From a virus (Duplodnaviria > Caudoviricetes): 64,000 nt of DNA. A program made the translations under genes and the position numbers. The stretch covers positions 152-64,151 of IMG/VR virus record IMGVR_UViG_3300046171_000216, one strand, 5' to 3'. The notes beneath the pieces are model-generated. The model worked only from the letters and a program-made list of their open reading frames with translations. It ran no database searches and was not told the DNA's origin. Below are positions 39,175 through 49,883 of this stretch, in pieces. Positions within the stretch are counted from its first letter, which is position 1. Each line of letters begins with the position of its first letter.

Positions 39175-39438
39175 TTACATTGTCTCCATATATTCGATAT
39201 GGTCTTTCAATTGTTTAATTAGTTTTGATTTATTATGTCTTCTATCTAATTCAATACCGATTGTACGACCAAATGTTTCTAATTCTAGTTTTGACATAGA
39301 ATCATAATCAAGAGGTTCTGGATTCACAGGGTCTTCTACTGAAGCAGGTGCTGTATCTTCTACTGAAGGTGTAGTAGTAACATCTTCATATGCAGAGTGA
39401 ACTTCATTAGTTGATAGTAAATCTGTAAAACGTGTCAT
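39175..39438 (-). CDS. Hypothetical protein (small helical C-terminal module)
   Basis: MSKLELETFGRTIGIELDRRHNKSKLIKQL. Confidence 0.65.
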   Translation of the reverse strand: MTRFTDLLSTNEVHSAYEDVTTTPSVEDTAPASVEDPVNPEPLDYDSMSKLELETFGRTIGIELDRRHNKSKLIKQLKDHIEYMETM

Positions 39439-39575
39439 TCTTCTGTACTTGCTTCGGGTTCTGTTGCAGGTTCCTCTGTTGGTTCTGCTTCAACCTTGGG
39501 TTCTTCCTTCGGTGCATATACTTTAGAATATGCATTCATCATGTCCTGTGCTTCTCTAGGTGTAATTCTAACCAT
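39435..39575 (-). CDS. Small acidic protein (46 aa, not in the ORF track)
   Basis: MVRITPREAQDMMNAYSKVYAPKEEPKVEAEPTEEPATEPEASTEE*; TAAATA upstream. Confidence 0.6.
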   Translation of the reverse strand: MVRITPREAQDMMNAYSKVYAPKEEPKVEAEPTEEPATEPEASTEE

Positions 39576-39602
39576 AATATTAACGTAAGGTAACTTTATT
39601 TA

Positions 39603-41817
39603 TCAAGCTACCAATTCTATAAATTCACTTAATATCTTTTTATTCATCTTCTTACCCTTAAGACTTTTAGTAAATGCTCTCTTTATCTCTGCTTTAGTTG
39701 CATCTTCTTTAACTTCAAACTCTCCATCATTATTCAAAGCAGATGATGCCATACCAAAGTAAGTGTGATATCCAGATGTAGTGATTGCAAAAGACCTTTC
39801 CTTCTTCCAACGATGCATCATTTTTATTGATTCTGGAGTTTCATATCCACAATATCTACGAATGAATGAACCACCTTCACGACTTACAAGAACACGAATA
39901 CCAATGAAATTAGTTTGTGGGAAACTATCTTTTAGATTTTCAAGTAACATATCAGTTGCTTCATATCTACCAGAGTCTTTTGAAAGATAAGTCTTACCTA
40001 ACTTACGGTCACGCAATACACAACCATCACTAAAATAGTTTGTACCCATATATGGTTCATCTTCCCATTGTCTTTGAACCTCACGATGATAACGAAGTGG
40101 TTGACTTTCTCCATCAGTAAGCACAACACATTGTACTTTCTCTGCACCAGTTCTCTTTTGAAAATCAGGAAGTAATGTATGTAAAGTAACCATTGCTTCA
40201 TTCAAAGGTGTTCCAGATAATCTATATCCATATGGCACATCTAGGTAAGGTGTATTCATATTCCAAGCAAATATACACGCAGACCTCCAAATATTAATCA
40301 TTTGTGTATCTAAATCTTTTGACCTAGTTTGATTACTAAACATATTCAATAAAGCAAATTGGTTGTTGACTTCTGCCATCATATCCTTTGGTTCATAGAA
40401 AGTCTCTCCATTTGCATGCATAGCTGGTCTAGGATAGTCTGATGTAAATGCATATACATCATAAGGTATTTGAACTTTACGACAGAACCAGATTAGATTA
40501 TAGAGTTGCTTAAGAGTATCAAGTAAAACATTGTTCATTGAACCAGACCAATCAAGTATGAATACAAGTCCGTGATTCTTACCATCAGGAAGAACAGTAA
40601 CTTTCTTGAAAAGGTCTTCACTAAATTTGTAATTGATAAGTTTAGTTGTATCAAGAACACCAGTGCGACTTGTAGTAGCACGAGCATATGCAGATGCAGA
40701 CTTCTTACACTCAAACTCTTTGACAAGATAGTTTACTTCTTTCTGTGCAGACTTTTTGAATGCATAGAAGTCTTTATCTAATTCTGCAAATGGGTCATAA
40801 GATTCTGGGATTCTATCAGGATTGCAAAGTGAAGTAAAGTAGTTTGGATTTTCTTTGAACTGTTTTTGTATTCTCCAATTTAAATTAGTCCAATGCTCAT
40901 CAAATGCTTTATGTACTTTTTCATTTGAGATTACTACTTTTTTGATATCTACCTTTGGCAATTCAATGTAATGATTCTCACGAGTACCTTTGTTTACTAA
41001 ATCTTTGAGTGCTTCATCAAGTGCATCCATAGTCTCAACTTCTGGTTCTTGTGGTTCTTCAAGTGCCTGAGTGCCACCACTGATTTTATCCATCATATTT
41101 TCAATCTCTTCAAGTGTTGGTTCTTGAGATTGTGGTTTCTGATAATCTAAATCTACTTCTTCCTCAGACTCTCCTGATTCTCCTGTAGGTGTACCACTTA
41201 AACCTTCATCACCTAAGTCTATACCCATATCATTTTCTACTTCTTCTCTCTCCTTTCTATCTTCTTCTATCTTCTGCTTTGTTAAATCATATAATTGCTT
41301 TGCAAGAACAAGGACTTCATCAAATGTCTCTGCTAATTCAATCTTACTTACAAGTAAATTCTCTTCAATATCAAAGTCAATATCTACAAAGTGACCAATC
41401 TTGAAGTGTAGATTAACTCTATCTGCAAGGTTTAACTCATCTAGGTCTTTGTTTTCAATCTCAAAGAAATCCTTATCTGATAATTCGTGGTATGCATTAT
41501 AGAATGTCTTGTTTAAGTCCTTCATATCTTCTCTTGATTAACTTTTCAATACGTGCATCTTCAACAACATTAACAAACTGTTGAGGTACTTTTACCTCTT
41601 TCCACCACTCTGTATCAGGTGTGTAGAGTGCGTGTCCAACTTCGTGACCAACTAACATATCAATCACTCCGTTACTTGCTTTCTCCCACATCGGAAGTGT
41701 AAGTACACGAGTTTGTACATTGAACTGTGCTGTTTCGACTTGCTTGTGCTCAACTACAATGTCTTCTGTGGCAAGTAACTTAGCAAGTTGTGATTTGATT
41801 TCGTGTTGGACTGTCAT
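39603..41817 (-). CDS. Metallopeptidase-like/vWA protein (CobT-like MoxR partner), frameshift near 41520
   Basis: GHEVGHALYT...NVVEDARIE at the N-terminus; MIDAS motifs LDWSGSM, GTPLNE and VLTDGE. Confidence 0.85.
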
Positions 41818-41840
41818 AATGTTGTTTGCTTTATACATCT

Positions 41841-41896
41841 ATTATAACAACGAAACCGCCCCAAGGGACGGTCAAGTGGACACTTTATCAACTGTC
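41841..41896 (-). promoter_or_regulatory. Non-canonical promoter module (second copy)
   Basis: GACAGTT-GATA-AAGTGTC-CAC, then ACCGTCCC/GGGGCGGT hairpin, then TG-T-TATAAT. Confidence 0.6.
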
Positions 41897-41898
41897 TA

Positions 41899-42117
41899 CT
41901 ATCTGACTTTTTTCTCAAATTCACCAAGTTTCTTCTTACCTTTATTTAATGCTTCATATCCTTTATTGATAAGCAAATTCATAGCATTCTTTTTTAAGTC
42001 TTTAACTTCTTTACTTTTAGCAAAGGTTTTCATTTGTGGCACTATAGTATCAGCAAATCCTTTCATAGTTGCTTTCATACTATCAACATCTTCTTGAAAC
42101 TGTGAGAATGTTTTCAT
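41899..42117 (-). CDS. Putative internal head protein
   Basis: Starts MKTFSQFQED; basic. Confidence 0.6.
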   Translation of the reverse strand: MKTFSQFQEDVDSMKATMKGFADTIVPQMKTFAKSKEVKDLKKNAMNLLINKGYEALNKGKKKLGEFEKKVR

Positions 42118-42332
42118 TTTTTCTCCTGTAATTTTTCTAAAACTGATACTTCTTGTATCGGTGCTACATCATTTAAACCATTTGCATCAAACCAAGGTGC
42201 ATCTTCCCAACTAAATCCTTCACCAAAAGTATTATCAGGTGCCACAACATACCAATGACACTTTGCATCAGGTATGTCTACAGCACAAACTGCCCAATCA
42301 TCTGCCCACTGTGGTACTTGAACATACATCAC
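42114..42332 (-). CDS. Hypothetical protein
   Basis: Trp/Asp-rich ORF; the start may lie further upstream. Confidence 0.55.
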   Translation of the reverse strand: MMYVQVPQWADDWAVCAVDIPDAKCHWYVVAPDNTFGEGFSWEDAPWFDANGLNDVAPIQEVSVLEKLQEKK

Positions 42333-42378
42333 AGGTAAGTGATTCGCAAAAAATGAAAGTATAAAGAAAAGAAAATCA

Positions 42379-42579
42379 TTATCCTTCGTTTACAGCAGTA
42401 GTATCCCAACCAGCTGTTGTTTTCTTTTCCCAAATGTATGCTACTGCTTTTGCATTCGCTTGAGAACTATATGTAGAGCGATCAGCATAGGTTTCAGTCC
42501 AACGATTATCACCTTTGTAATAAACCGTTCCAACTCCTGCTGAAGTCATCATACTAGTTTTTTTAATATGCCAAACCAT
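42379..42579 (-). CDS. Hypothetical protein
   Basis: MVWHIKKTS...VYYKGDNRWT; TAAATA at about 42596. Confidence 0.6.
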   Translation of the reverse strand: MVWHIKKTSMMTSAGVGTVYYKGDNRWTETYADRSTYSSQANAKAVAYIWEKKTTAGWDTTAVNEG

Positions 42580-42601
42580 TTTATAGTTTTTTAGGTATTT
42601 A

Positions 42602-44314
42602 TTAAGAAACAACACGAGAGAAACCTTTGACTTTCTCAAACCTTATCACACTATTAAATTTATCATGTAAGTCTACTTTATGAGATATTACAAATACATT
42701 TGCATCTTTAATTACAAACCTGATTATCTTTAAGAATTCTTCAGTTCCCATACCATCAAGAGAACTATCAAATACCTCATCCATAATTAATAGGTTTGTA
42801 TTCACAGAGTTCTTAACTCTTGCAACTTCTCTCCAAGTGAATAGTAATGCTAAGTCAATACGCATCTTCTCACCTTCACTGAAAAGAACTATAAGAAAAG
42901 TTCTCGTGAATCGGTGATTCTATCGTCTCACAAAATTCCTCATCTAACTTAAAGTTGATATAGAAATCCATCATCTGCAGATAACGATTGACCTGCTGAT
43001 TGATAAGTGGTAGATATTTTTTAATTATTTTAGTCTTAACTCCGTCATCTTTAACAGAGAATATGCGAAATCGTGATAGATGATTTCTTCTTTCTTATCT
43101 GCTATTTCTTTAAAAATGTTTTGGAGATTTTGATTAAACTCTTTTAATTTTTCATCCTCAGTATTTCTGTTTGCAAGTTGAGTGGTAAGTTTTTGAATTT
43201 CTGATTCCAAATCTCTGACCTGTCGTTGACATCCAGAAATTCGAGTATTGTTTTGAGAAATGCCATTATTGAGTTTAGTAATCTCCTTTGAAAGTTTGGT
43301 GAAAAGATGCTCTCTTTCTTCTTCGTTTTTAATTGCTTTTTCTAGTTCTTGATAACCAGATTGCAACTCTTTTGCTTTAGTTTGAGCATCACTAATTCTA
43401 TTTAAACGAAACGATTCTTCTATCTCTTGAGTGCATGTAGGACATGTTACATTATCAGTAAAGAACTTATGTTCCTTAGTTATCGTTGCTACTTTCTGAC
43501 TTAACTGACCCTTATATTTGTTAAGAGTCCGTAACTTTTTATTAGTTCCTGTGACCTTTTCTTGCTCTTTTGTAAGGTCAATAACTTTATCCTCTAACCC
43601 ATTATTAGTAGATGAGTAACCATCCTGTTCTTCGAGAAGGGTTGTAATTTTATCCTTTTTTCCTTGAATATTTGCCTTTCCACGATTCTCTAACTCTTCA
43701 ATAAACTTCTTTTGCATATCCAATTTATCTTTTATATTCTCTCTTGCTAAATCTAAAACTTTATATTCATCCTTCTGTTTTCTTATCTTATCTCTGATAA
43801 TTACATTCATTGCAGAGAAAATACGGATATCTAATAAGTCTTCAATCACTTCTCTTCGATTTGTTCCTGACAATTGCATAAAAGGAACAAAGGCACTACT
43901 ACCCAGAATTACTATCTGAGTAAAGGACTTATAGTTTACTTTGAGTATATTTTCTTCTAAAATCTTTTGAGTTGCACGGTCATCTGCCTGTTTGTGCATC
44001 TTTTGACCATCAACTTCTATTTCAAATAGATTTGGTTTAATTGATCTTCTTACAAGATATTGTCTTCCACTAATATCAAACTCAACTTCGACACAACAAT
44101 CTTTCTCATTTGTTGCATTTATCAGTTGAGACTTATTAATTTTACGAAAAGGTTTATTAAACAAACTAAAAGTCAAGGCATCCAACACAGTGGATTTACC
44201 TGTACCGTTTGTTCCTACTATCAAATTCGTTGCATTTTTTTGGAAATCTATTTCCGAAAACTGGTCTCCAGTTGACAGAAAATTCTTCCATCTAATCTTT
44301 TGAAACGTTATCAT
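42602..44314 (-). CDS. 46: Recombination endonuclease ATPase subunit (T4 gp46, Rad50/SbcC-like), frameshifted
   Basis: GTNGTGKS, CPTC zinc hook, FSEGEKMRIDLAL, MDEVFDSSLD and VISH. Confidence 0.93.
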
Positions 44315-44570
44315 TCTTAGGTGGTGGAACGACTATATCGTTCGGTGTGATCACAGCGTACTTATAATTATACAGCTTACAGGTCTTTATTGCAACTGTA
44401 TCTTCAATTTCTATAACATTTAATCCAGTATCTTCATCATCATTCAACATCATAGCATATCTTTCTGCATCATCCTCTTCTTCAAACATAAAGAGAACTT
44501 TTTCTCCATACCGATTTAAAACAGCATAGGCACCATCGTCCTGTCTGTGTTTAAGTGTAAGAAGATACAT
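44292..44570 (-). CDS. Hypothetical protein
   Basis: MYLLTL...FEEEDDAERYA...DIVVPP between gp47 and gp46. Confidence 0.7.
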   Translation of the reverse strand: MYLLTLKHRQDDGAYAVLNRYGEKVLFMFEEEDDAERYAMMLNDDEDTGLNVIEIEDTVAIKTCKLYNYKYAVITPNDIVVPPPKNDNVSKD

Positions 44571-45610
44571 TAGTCTACCTCGCAAGCTTCGGAGTATATT
44601 TTCTGTAGAATTCCTTTAATTAGAGTTTTATCTCCTTCAAACTCAGATTCATCAATATAGCGATTCAATATACCAATCGTATTCTCAGTTTCTTCAACTT
44701 CAAAGTCTGCACTTTCTGTTAAAACAAAATTTTCAATTATCTTTAAGTCTTGAATACCAGAATTGTATAACTTATCTATAAATTTTTCAAATTGCTTTTG
44801 GTCGGTTTTCTTCTTAACTACTACTTTTATAATCTTATCTTTATATTCTCTAGTATCAAATAACTTATAATTAGTATCTTCATAATAAAGATTGTAAAAT
44901 AACCTATAAGGGTTGTTTACGGGTTTGTGTTCGATTGTTTTAGTATCAAAGATATGAAATCCTCTGGTATCTTTAACGTCATTCCAGAACATTTCATAAG
45001 GGTTTCCGAGATAATATATCTTTCCATTGTCAGAACGGGTATGATAATGACCTGAGTAAACACGATAGAATTTATCAAATATCTTTGTATCCATTCCATG
45101 TTCCATTCTATGACCAGCAGTTGCAACAAAACCATTTAACTCAAGATGACCCATAATTACATCTGCACTTGTAGTATCCATCATTTCTAATGTCTTCATT
45201 TTATTTTCTTCATTAATCCAAGGAAGTAATAAAATATCTAATCCACCAAGATTTACAGTAGTTGGTTCTGAATAAACTTTTACATTCTCATATTCCTTCA
45301 ATAAAAGTTCAACTGTATTAATTTCATTCGTATCTTTATAATATGCAGTGTGATTACCAACGATTGTATGGACAGTGATACCCATTGCTTGTAATCTGTC
45401 ATAGTAGTTCTTCTTTGACCACTCAAGAGTTGCTAGGTCAATATTACGACGATTATCAAATGTATCGCCCATATCAACGACAGTATCAATCTTATTTTTC
45501 TCCAAGTATGGAAAAAAGGTGCTATCGTAAAACTTTTTGAAATATTTGTGTATGTAATCAGCACCTTTCCTTGCACCGAAATGCTGGTCTGTTATAATTG
45601 CTATCTTCAT
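44570..45610 (-). CDS. 47: Recombination endonuclease nuclease subunit (T4 gp47, Mre11-like)
   Basis: TDQHFG, MGDTFD, VGNH and SGHYH. Confidence 0.95.
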   Translation of the reverse strand: MKIAIITDQHFGARKGADYIHKYFKKFYDSTFFPYLEKNKIDTVVDMGDTFDNRRNIDLATLEWSKKNYYDRLQAMGITVHTIVGNHTAYYKDTNEINTVELLLKEYENVKVYSEPTTVNLGGLDILLLPWINEENKMKTLEMMDTTSADVIMGHLELNGFVATAGHRMEHGMDTKIFDKFYRVYSGHYHTRSDNGKIYYLGNPYEMFWNDVKDTRGFHIFDTKTIEHKPVNNPYRLFYNLYYEDTNYKLFDTREYKDKIIKVVVKKKTDQKQFEKFIDKLYNSGIQDLKIIENFVLTESADFEVEETENTIGILNRYIDESEFEGDKTLIKGILQKIYSEACEVD

Positions 45611-45831
45611 TTCTTTGTTGGATCTGGTAATATAAATGGTGGTGCATCATTTAAAGATGACTTTCCATACTTCTCATATTCATTATAACCTGTCATCTTA
45701 CCACTAGTTTTCATAAGTGCCGACATAAATGAAATAATTAGAAACACTACAGGTGCTCCGATGATAAGAGCAGCAGCGAAAATATAACCAACAATGAATT
45801 CAGGAATAGAATGGTTTGCCCAGAAACTCAT
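45607..45831 (-). CDS. Hypothetical single-TM protein
   Basis: FIVGYIFAAALIIGAPVVFLIISF. Confidence 0.6.
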   Translation of the reverse strand: MSFWANHSIPEFIVGYIFAAALIIGAPVVFLIISFMSALMKTSGKMTGYNEYEKYGKSSLNDAPPFILPDPTKK

Positions 45832-45852
45832 GATTCTCCAGTAAAAAATTAA

Positions 45853-46332
45853 TCATCTATTGGAAGACTTATATTGAATATTATCTTTAATTGTATTATA
45901 ATCGGAACTTGCACCAGAAAGTGCACCATCATCCACAGTCATTACTTCATCATAACCTGTCTTCTCAATTATCTTTGTCTTAATTTCTAACTGCTTCTTT
46001 TCCTTCTGTATGCGTCTCAGAAAGGCATAGTGTATAATCTGTGTAAAGTATGCAAAAGGATTACGAGACTTCTCTGGGTCGAAGTTATGAATGTATTGAA
46101 CACAGTTCTCAATACCATCGGATATCATATCATCACGAAACATATAGTTAACAAAGTTTGGTTTATATGACAAGTGTGTTGCGATCTTCAAAAAGCAAGA
46201 ACCTAAGTAATTTGTGATACGTGGTTTTGGTAAATCATTTTCCTTTGCTTCTTTTACCTTTGCACGATAAACAATTAATGCCTCTAACAGTTCACGATTA
46301 TTTACATAATGCTCTGATTTTTTCTTTGCCAT
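45853..46332 (-). CDS. 55: Late-transcription sigma factor (T4 gp55)
   Basis: HYVNN, PNFVNY, DGIENC and NPFAYFTQIIHYAFLRRIQKEK; start MAKKK at 46332. Confidence 0.95.
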   Translation of the reverse strand: MAKKKSEHYVNNRELLEALIVYRAKVKEAKENDLPKPRITNYLGSCFLKIATHLSYKPNFVNYMFRDDMISDGIENCVQYIHNFDPEKSRNPFAYFTQIIHYAFLRRIQKEKKQLEIKTKIIEKTGYDEVMTVDDGALSGASSDYNTIKDNIQYKSSNR

Positions 46333-46354
46333 ATACCTGACTGAATATATTGAT

Positions 46355-46383
46355 AGTATAACATAATTTAGGGGACTTGACAA
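46355..46383 (-). promoter_or_regulatory. Sigma70-type promoter for gp55
   Basis: TTGTCA-N17-TATACT with TGn extension. Confidence 0.7.
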
Positions 46384-46405
46384 GTTATCTTAATTCTTGT
46401 ACAAT
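46377..46405 (+). promoter_or_regulatory. Divergent (antisense) sigma70-type promoter
   Basis: TTGACA-N17-TACAAT sharing the ACTTGACAAGT palindrome with the gp55 promoter. Confidence 0.55.
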
Positions 46406-46420
46406 ACCCTTTGTGAGGGT

Positions 46421-46837
46421 TCAAGGGTTATTAGGCTTATCTATATTATTCTTAAAGATATTCTCAAGGCTTTCACGAGCGTCATCAACCGTTGTCAATA
46501 ATCCCATCTTATTATTTAAAGTAACTTGACCATCTAGTTCAATATCAATATCATCTTCATTTAAATATCTGGTATAGAACATAATCATCTGTTCATCGGT
46601 TACTTCAGACATTGTAATAATTTTATCATACTTAATTAAAAATAAATCTTGATCTGGTAATTCTAACCAAGGTTTGACTTTAACATACTTTCCTGTAGAA
46701 CTTGAAAGCATTTTCATTATTACTGGATTTGAAAGCATAATGATTGAGTCTCCATCATTCTCATCGACGGAAACAAGCGAGAAGATTTCTTCACCTGTAA
46801 TTAATTTTAATACTGCGTGAAACTCGTCTCCCATCAT
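46421..46837 (-). CDS. Hypothetical protein, Sm-like pattern
   Basis: LKLITGEEIF...LSNP...KPW...IKYDKIITMSE. Confidence 0.7.
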   Translation of the reverse strand: MMGDEFHAVLKLITGEEIFSLVSVDENDGDSIIMLSNPVIMKMLSSSTGKYVKVKPWLELPDQDLFLIKYDKIITMSEVTDEQMIMFYTRYLNEDDIDIELDGQVTLNNKMGLLTTVDDARESLENIFKNNIDKPNNP

Positions 46838-46865
46838 CTCAGAATACTTGTACTATTATTTAGGT

Positions 46866-48332
46866 TTAATTTTTCAAAGGTATTTTAACTATGTCGTAAT
46901 TAAAGTTTTCTTCATTATATACCTTTATCCTTTCAATCAAATGATTCAGTGTATAATTCCTTCTTGATTTATAACTAATATCATCGGCAATATCATATAG
47001 AGTTGCCTTTGTTTTATTGTTTCCCTTTCTTAAGACTCTTCCGATTGATTGAAGGTTTCGTATTCGAGATTTTGATGGGGAAGCAAAGATGACATTATGA
47101 AGGTTCTTAATGTTAATTCCTGTTGAGAAGGTTCCGTATGAGGCAATAATGATTGCGTTATTCTCCATCTCTGTAATTGAGCGAACCTCTTCTCGATCTT
47201 CTGTTGCAACTCCTCCGTGAACGAAGAAGACTCGTCGTTGTTCAAGTACATTGCTCTCCTGTATTAAATTATATAGTGGTTCTCCGTGTCCTTCGACCCT
47301 TGCGAATAGAATTAATGTATTACCTTTAAGATCAAGGGCAAGATTTTTGATAAAGTTATTTCTCTTTTGATGTCCAATAATATATTGAATCTCATCCTCA
47401 AATGTCTCAAATTTATTTGGTGAGTGTTTCAATAGAAGCACATTAATATCCAACGTCGCTACATGACCTTTCTTCATAAGCTCGTCTGTCTTAATAATTT
47501 TATATGAAGGACCAAATAAACCTTCTAATACCCACTTATGTGTCTGTGTTCCATCAAGAGTTCCTGTAAAACCAAAACGATATTTGGCATTATCAAGTTT
47601 TGACATTATAGATATTAATGACTTTGATTTAAATTGATGTGCTTCATCTCCGATTACACATCCAAAACGATTAAAGTACTTACGAGGAAGTTTGTAGATC
47701 GATTGCCAAGTTGTAATGATTACTTGAGAGTCTGTTTCTCTTTCTTTACCTGCATATATCTTGTGACAAAATGAACCAACTTCCCAACCATAATCCTCGA
47801 AATCTTTATACATCTGTTCTACTAAAGATGTCGTCGGAACTACTATCAGAATACTTAGTTTTCTTTCAACGTAATATCTCACAATCCCATATATCATCAG
47901 CGACTTTCCTGAAGCAGTTGGAGATATCAATAACCTACGATTGTATTTTAAAGCGTCGTGTACTCCCTGAATCTGATAATCTCTAGGTTTATATTTACTT
48001 ACAGCATTTAAATAATCCTTGACACCCTCTTCACAGATACCATCATTTACCTCAAATGGTAAACCATAGAACTTACTTGGTTGAAAATCATATGTATATC
48101 CGTGGTCTTTACAGAACTGTACAATCTTATCTAAAAGTCCAACATATATCTGATTGTTCTGAATATTAAATAACCTTATCTTTCCGTCCCAATACTTATT
48201 CTTATAAGTTGGCATAAACTTTGCACCTGGCACTTCAAAGGTGAAATAGTCTGCTAACTCATAATAAACATGCATTTCAGATTCAATCTGAAGATGCACT
48301 TCATTCTTTTTTGATATTATCAAATGCGACAT
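46866..48332 (-). CDS. uvsW: UvsW DNA/RNA helicase
   Basis: PRDYQ, SPTASGKS, GDEAH, TGT and QSIGRVLR. Confidence 0.95.
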   Translation of the reverse strand: MSHLIISKKNEVHLQIESEMHVYYELADYFTFEVPGAKFMPTYKNKYWDGKIRLFNIQNNQIYVGLLDKIVQFCKDHGYTYDFQPSKFYGLPFEVNDGICEEGVKDYLNAVSKYKPRDYQIQGVHDALKYNRRLLISPTASGKSLMIYGIVRYYVERKLSILIVVPTTSLVEQMYKDFEDYGWEVGSFCHKIYAGKERETDSQVIITTWQSIYKLPRKYFNRFGCVIGDEAHQFKSKSLISIMSKLDNAKYRFGFTGTLDGTQTHKWVLEGLFGPSYKIIKTDELMKKGHVATLDINVLLLKHSPNKFETFEDEIQYIIGHQKRNNFIKNLALDLKGNTLILFARVEGHGEPLYNLIQESNVLEQRRVFFVHGGVATEDREEVRSITEMENNAIIIASYGTFSTGINIKNLHNVIFASPSKSRIRNLQSIGRVLRKGNNKTKATLYDIADDISYKSRRNYTLNHLIERIKVYNEENFNYDIVKIPLKN

Positions 48333-48373
48333 AACATCGTTCAATATCAATTATTTAGTTGTGTTTTATAAAC

Positions 48374-48718
48374 CTATCCTGGTGGCATAGCACCTTTAGA
48401 TTTTAATGCTGATTGACCTTTCTTAGAATTTACAAATGGATTGGTAAATGTTTTTGTTTGTACACCAGAAGGTCCTTCAGTTGTTGATCTTATATTGTTA
48501 TCATTATCTTTGAAAAATTTCTTCACCTCTGGTTCTTGAAGATATTGATTTTTTTCCTCACCCTCTCTATCTAAAATATTATTTGGATATCTATGTCCAC
48601 TTTTAAGTTTATGAATTGGTGGATTGTGACCATAAACGCCTGGATTTTGTTTTCCAGTCTTTTGATCTATGAATGGATTCTTAGATTGATCCTCCATAAA
48701 TTGTTGAAATGTTTTCAT
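48374..48718 (-). CDS. Putative internal head protein
   Basis: Starts MKTFQQFMED. Confidence 0.6.
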   Translation of the reverse strand: MKTFQQFMEDQSKNPFIDQKTGKQNPGVYGHNPPIHKLKSGHRYPNNILDREGEEKNQYLQEPEVKKFFKDNDNNIRSTTEGPSGVQTKTFTNPFVNSKKGQSALKSKGAMPPG

Positions 48719-48870
48719 CCTACTATTGTATCAAACCAATCCTGACTCATACCTGAGATAATTTTATCTGCTGAATCATTATCTGCTGCATAGTTTTCAT
48801 CTATGAGATGCTTTTTCACTTTCTCATAGTTCTCATGAATCTTCTTTGTTTCTTTTGGAGTTGGCTTCAT
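48715..48870 (-). CDS. Small protein, stand-alone YxxVxxYL module (51 aa, not in the ORF track)
   Basis: MKPTPKETKKIHENYEKVKKHLIDENYAADNDSADKIISGMSQDWFDTIVG*; TAAATA at about 48894. Confidence 0.65.
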   Translation of the reverse strand: MKPTPKETKKIHENYEKVKKHLIDENYAADNDSADKIISGMSQDWFDTIVG

Positions 48871-48898
48871 TGTATTAGTAATTCTACTAAGTTATTTA

Positions 48899-49330
48899 TT
48901 AATTATAACCTGCTTGGAACTTATTCCATTCAATTGCATTTTTAATTTGATATGTTCGATTCGATACTGCTCTTATAACTTCTTCTAAAAATTTTAACAT
49001 AATATCATAGTATTTAATTTTCATATCAACTTTATTCATTCGATCATCTGCTTCAAGATGTCTTTGAATCGCATCTTTTTCACGAACCTTATATGGAAAT
49101 GGTTCTTCAATATATGCTTCTGCTGGTGCCTTACCTGTGTAATAATTATATCTTTCTAATCTAACTTTACTATATTGTGTTCTTGCCTTTTCTCTCATCA
49201 AAGTAATTGTATTATAAAGTGTATAATACTTTGAGTGAAGTTGAGGTATTTTTAATGATTCATCATGTAAGTTATCAGGGTCGATCTTGGAGTCTTTCTC
49301 CCACATCTCCTGAATTTGTTCAAGATTCAT
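48899..49330 (-). CDS. uvsY: Recombination mediator UvsY
   Basis: WEKDSKID, IPQLHSKY and RTYQIKNAIEW. Confidence 0.92.
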   Translation of the reverse strand: MNLEQIQEMWEKDSKIDPDNLHDESLKIPQLHSKYYTLYNTITLMREKARTQYSKVRLERYNYYTGKAPAEAYIEEPFPYKVREKDAIQRHLEADDRMNKVDMKIKYYDIMLKFLEEVIRAVSNRTYQIKNAIEWNKFQAGYN

Positions 49331-49865
49331 GTATTATAGTTGATAATTTATATAAAGTATACTTGAAAGTTGCCTCTGCTGTAAAGAACTGAACATCAGT
49401 ATTTGTTGCATCAAAGTCGAGTGAAGTTAATGATATTGGAAACAAATCATTGAATTTAACTTTTCCAACTTCTCGATAATTACTGTTTAAGATTCTAAGA
49501 GTTCCGTCACAGAATGCTTCTTTTGGATCTGTTTGTCCATCAGAGTCTTTAATTATATCTGCAAACTCTTTTGTAGTTTCTGGAAATCCTAATCCTGTTA
49601 ACCAATTATAAACTGAAATATAATTTTCCATATTCTCATCAACTAGGAATCGAAGAGTAAAATCACCAAAAGTCAGTCTTTCACCAGGTACAGCAATATT
49701 TTTTAAATATGATGCCTGTTGTGCAAGTTCGAGGCTTAACTCTGGTATTCTAGCAGAATTTGAGAAAAAGTCAACCTTCGGAAACTTAGTCAAATTAAAT
49801 TTGAACGCTACTCCTGATAGAAAATTTCTATTCTGTATTTGTTTTCCGAATGCCGAATTAGTCAT
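49320..49865 (-). CDS. 3: Tail completion/tube terminator protein (T4 gp3)
   Basis: NFLS..F.F....P.VDFF, FLVDENMENY and FPISL. Confidence 0.88.
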   Translation of the reverse strand: MTNSAFGKQIQNRNFLSGVAFKFNLTKFPKVDFFSNSARIPELSLELAQQASYLKNIAVPGERLTFGDFTLRFLVDENMENYISVYNWLTGLGFPETTKEFADIIKDSDGQTDPKEAFCDGTLRILNSNYREVGKVKFNDLFPISLTSLDFDATNTDVQFFTAEATFKYTLYKLSTIIHES

Positions 49866-49883
49866 TATCTTTTTGATTATTTA

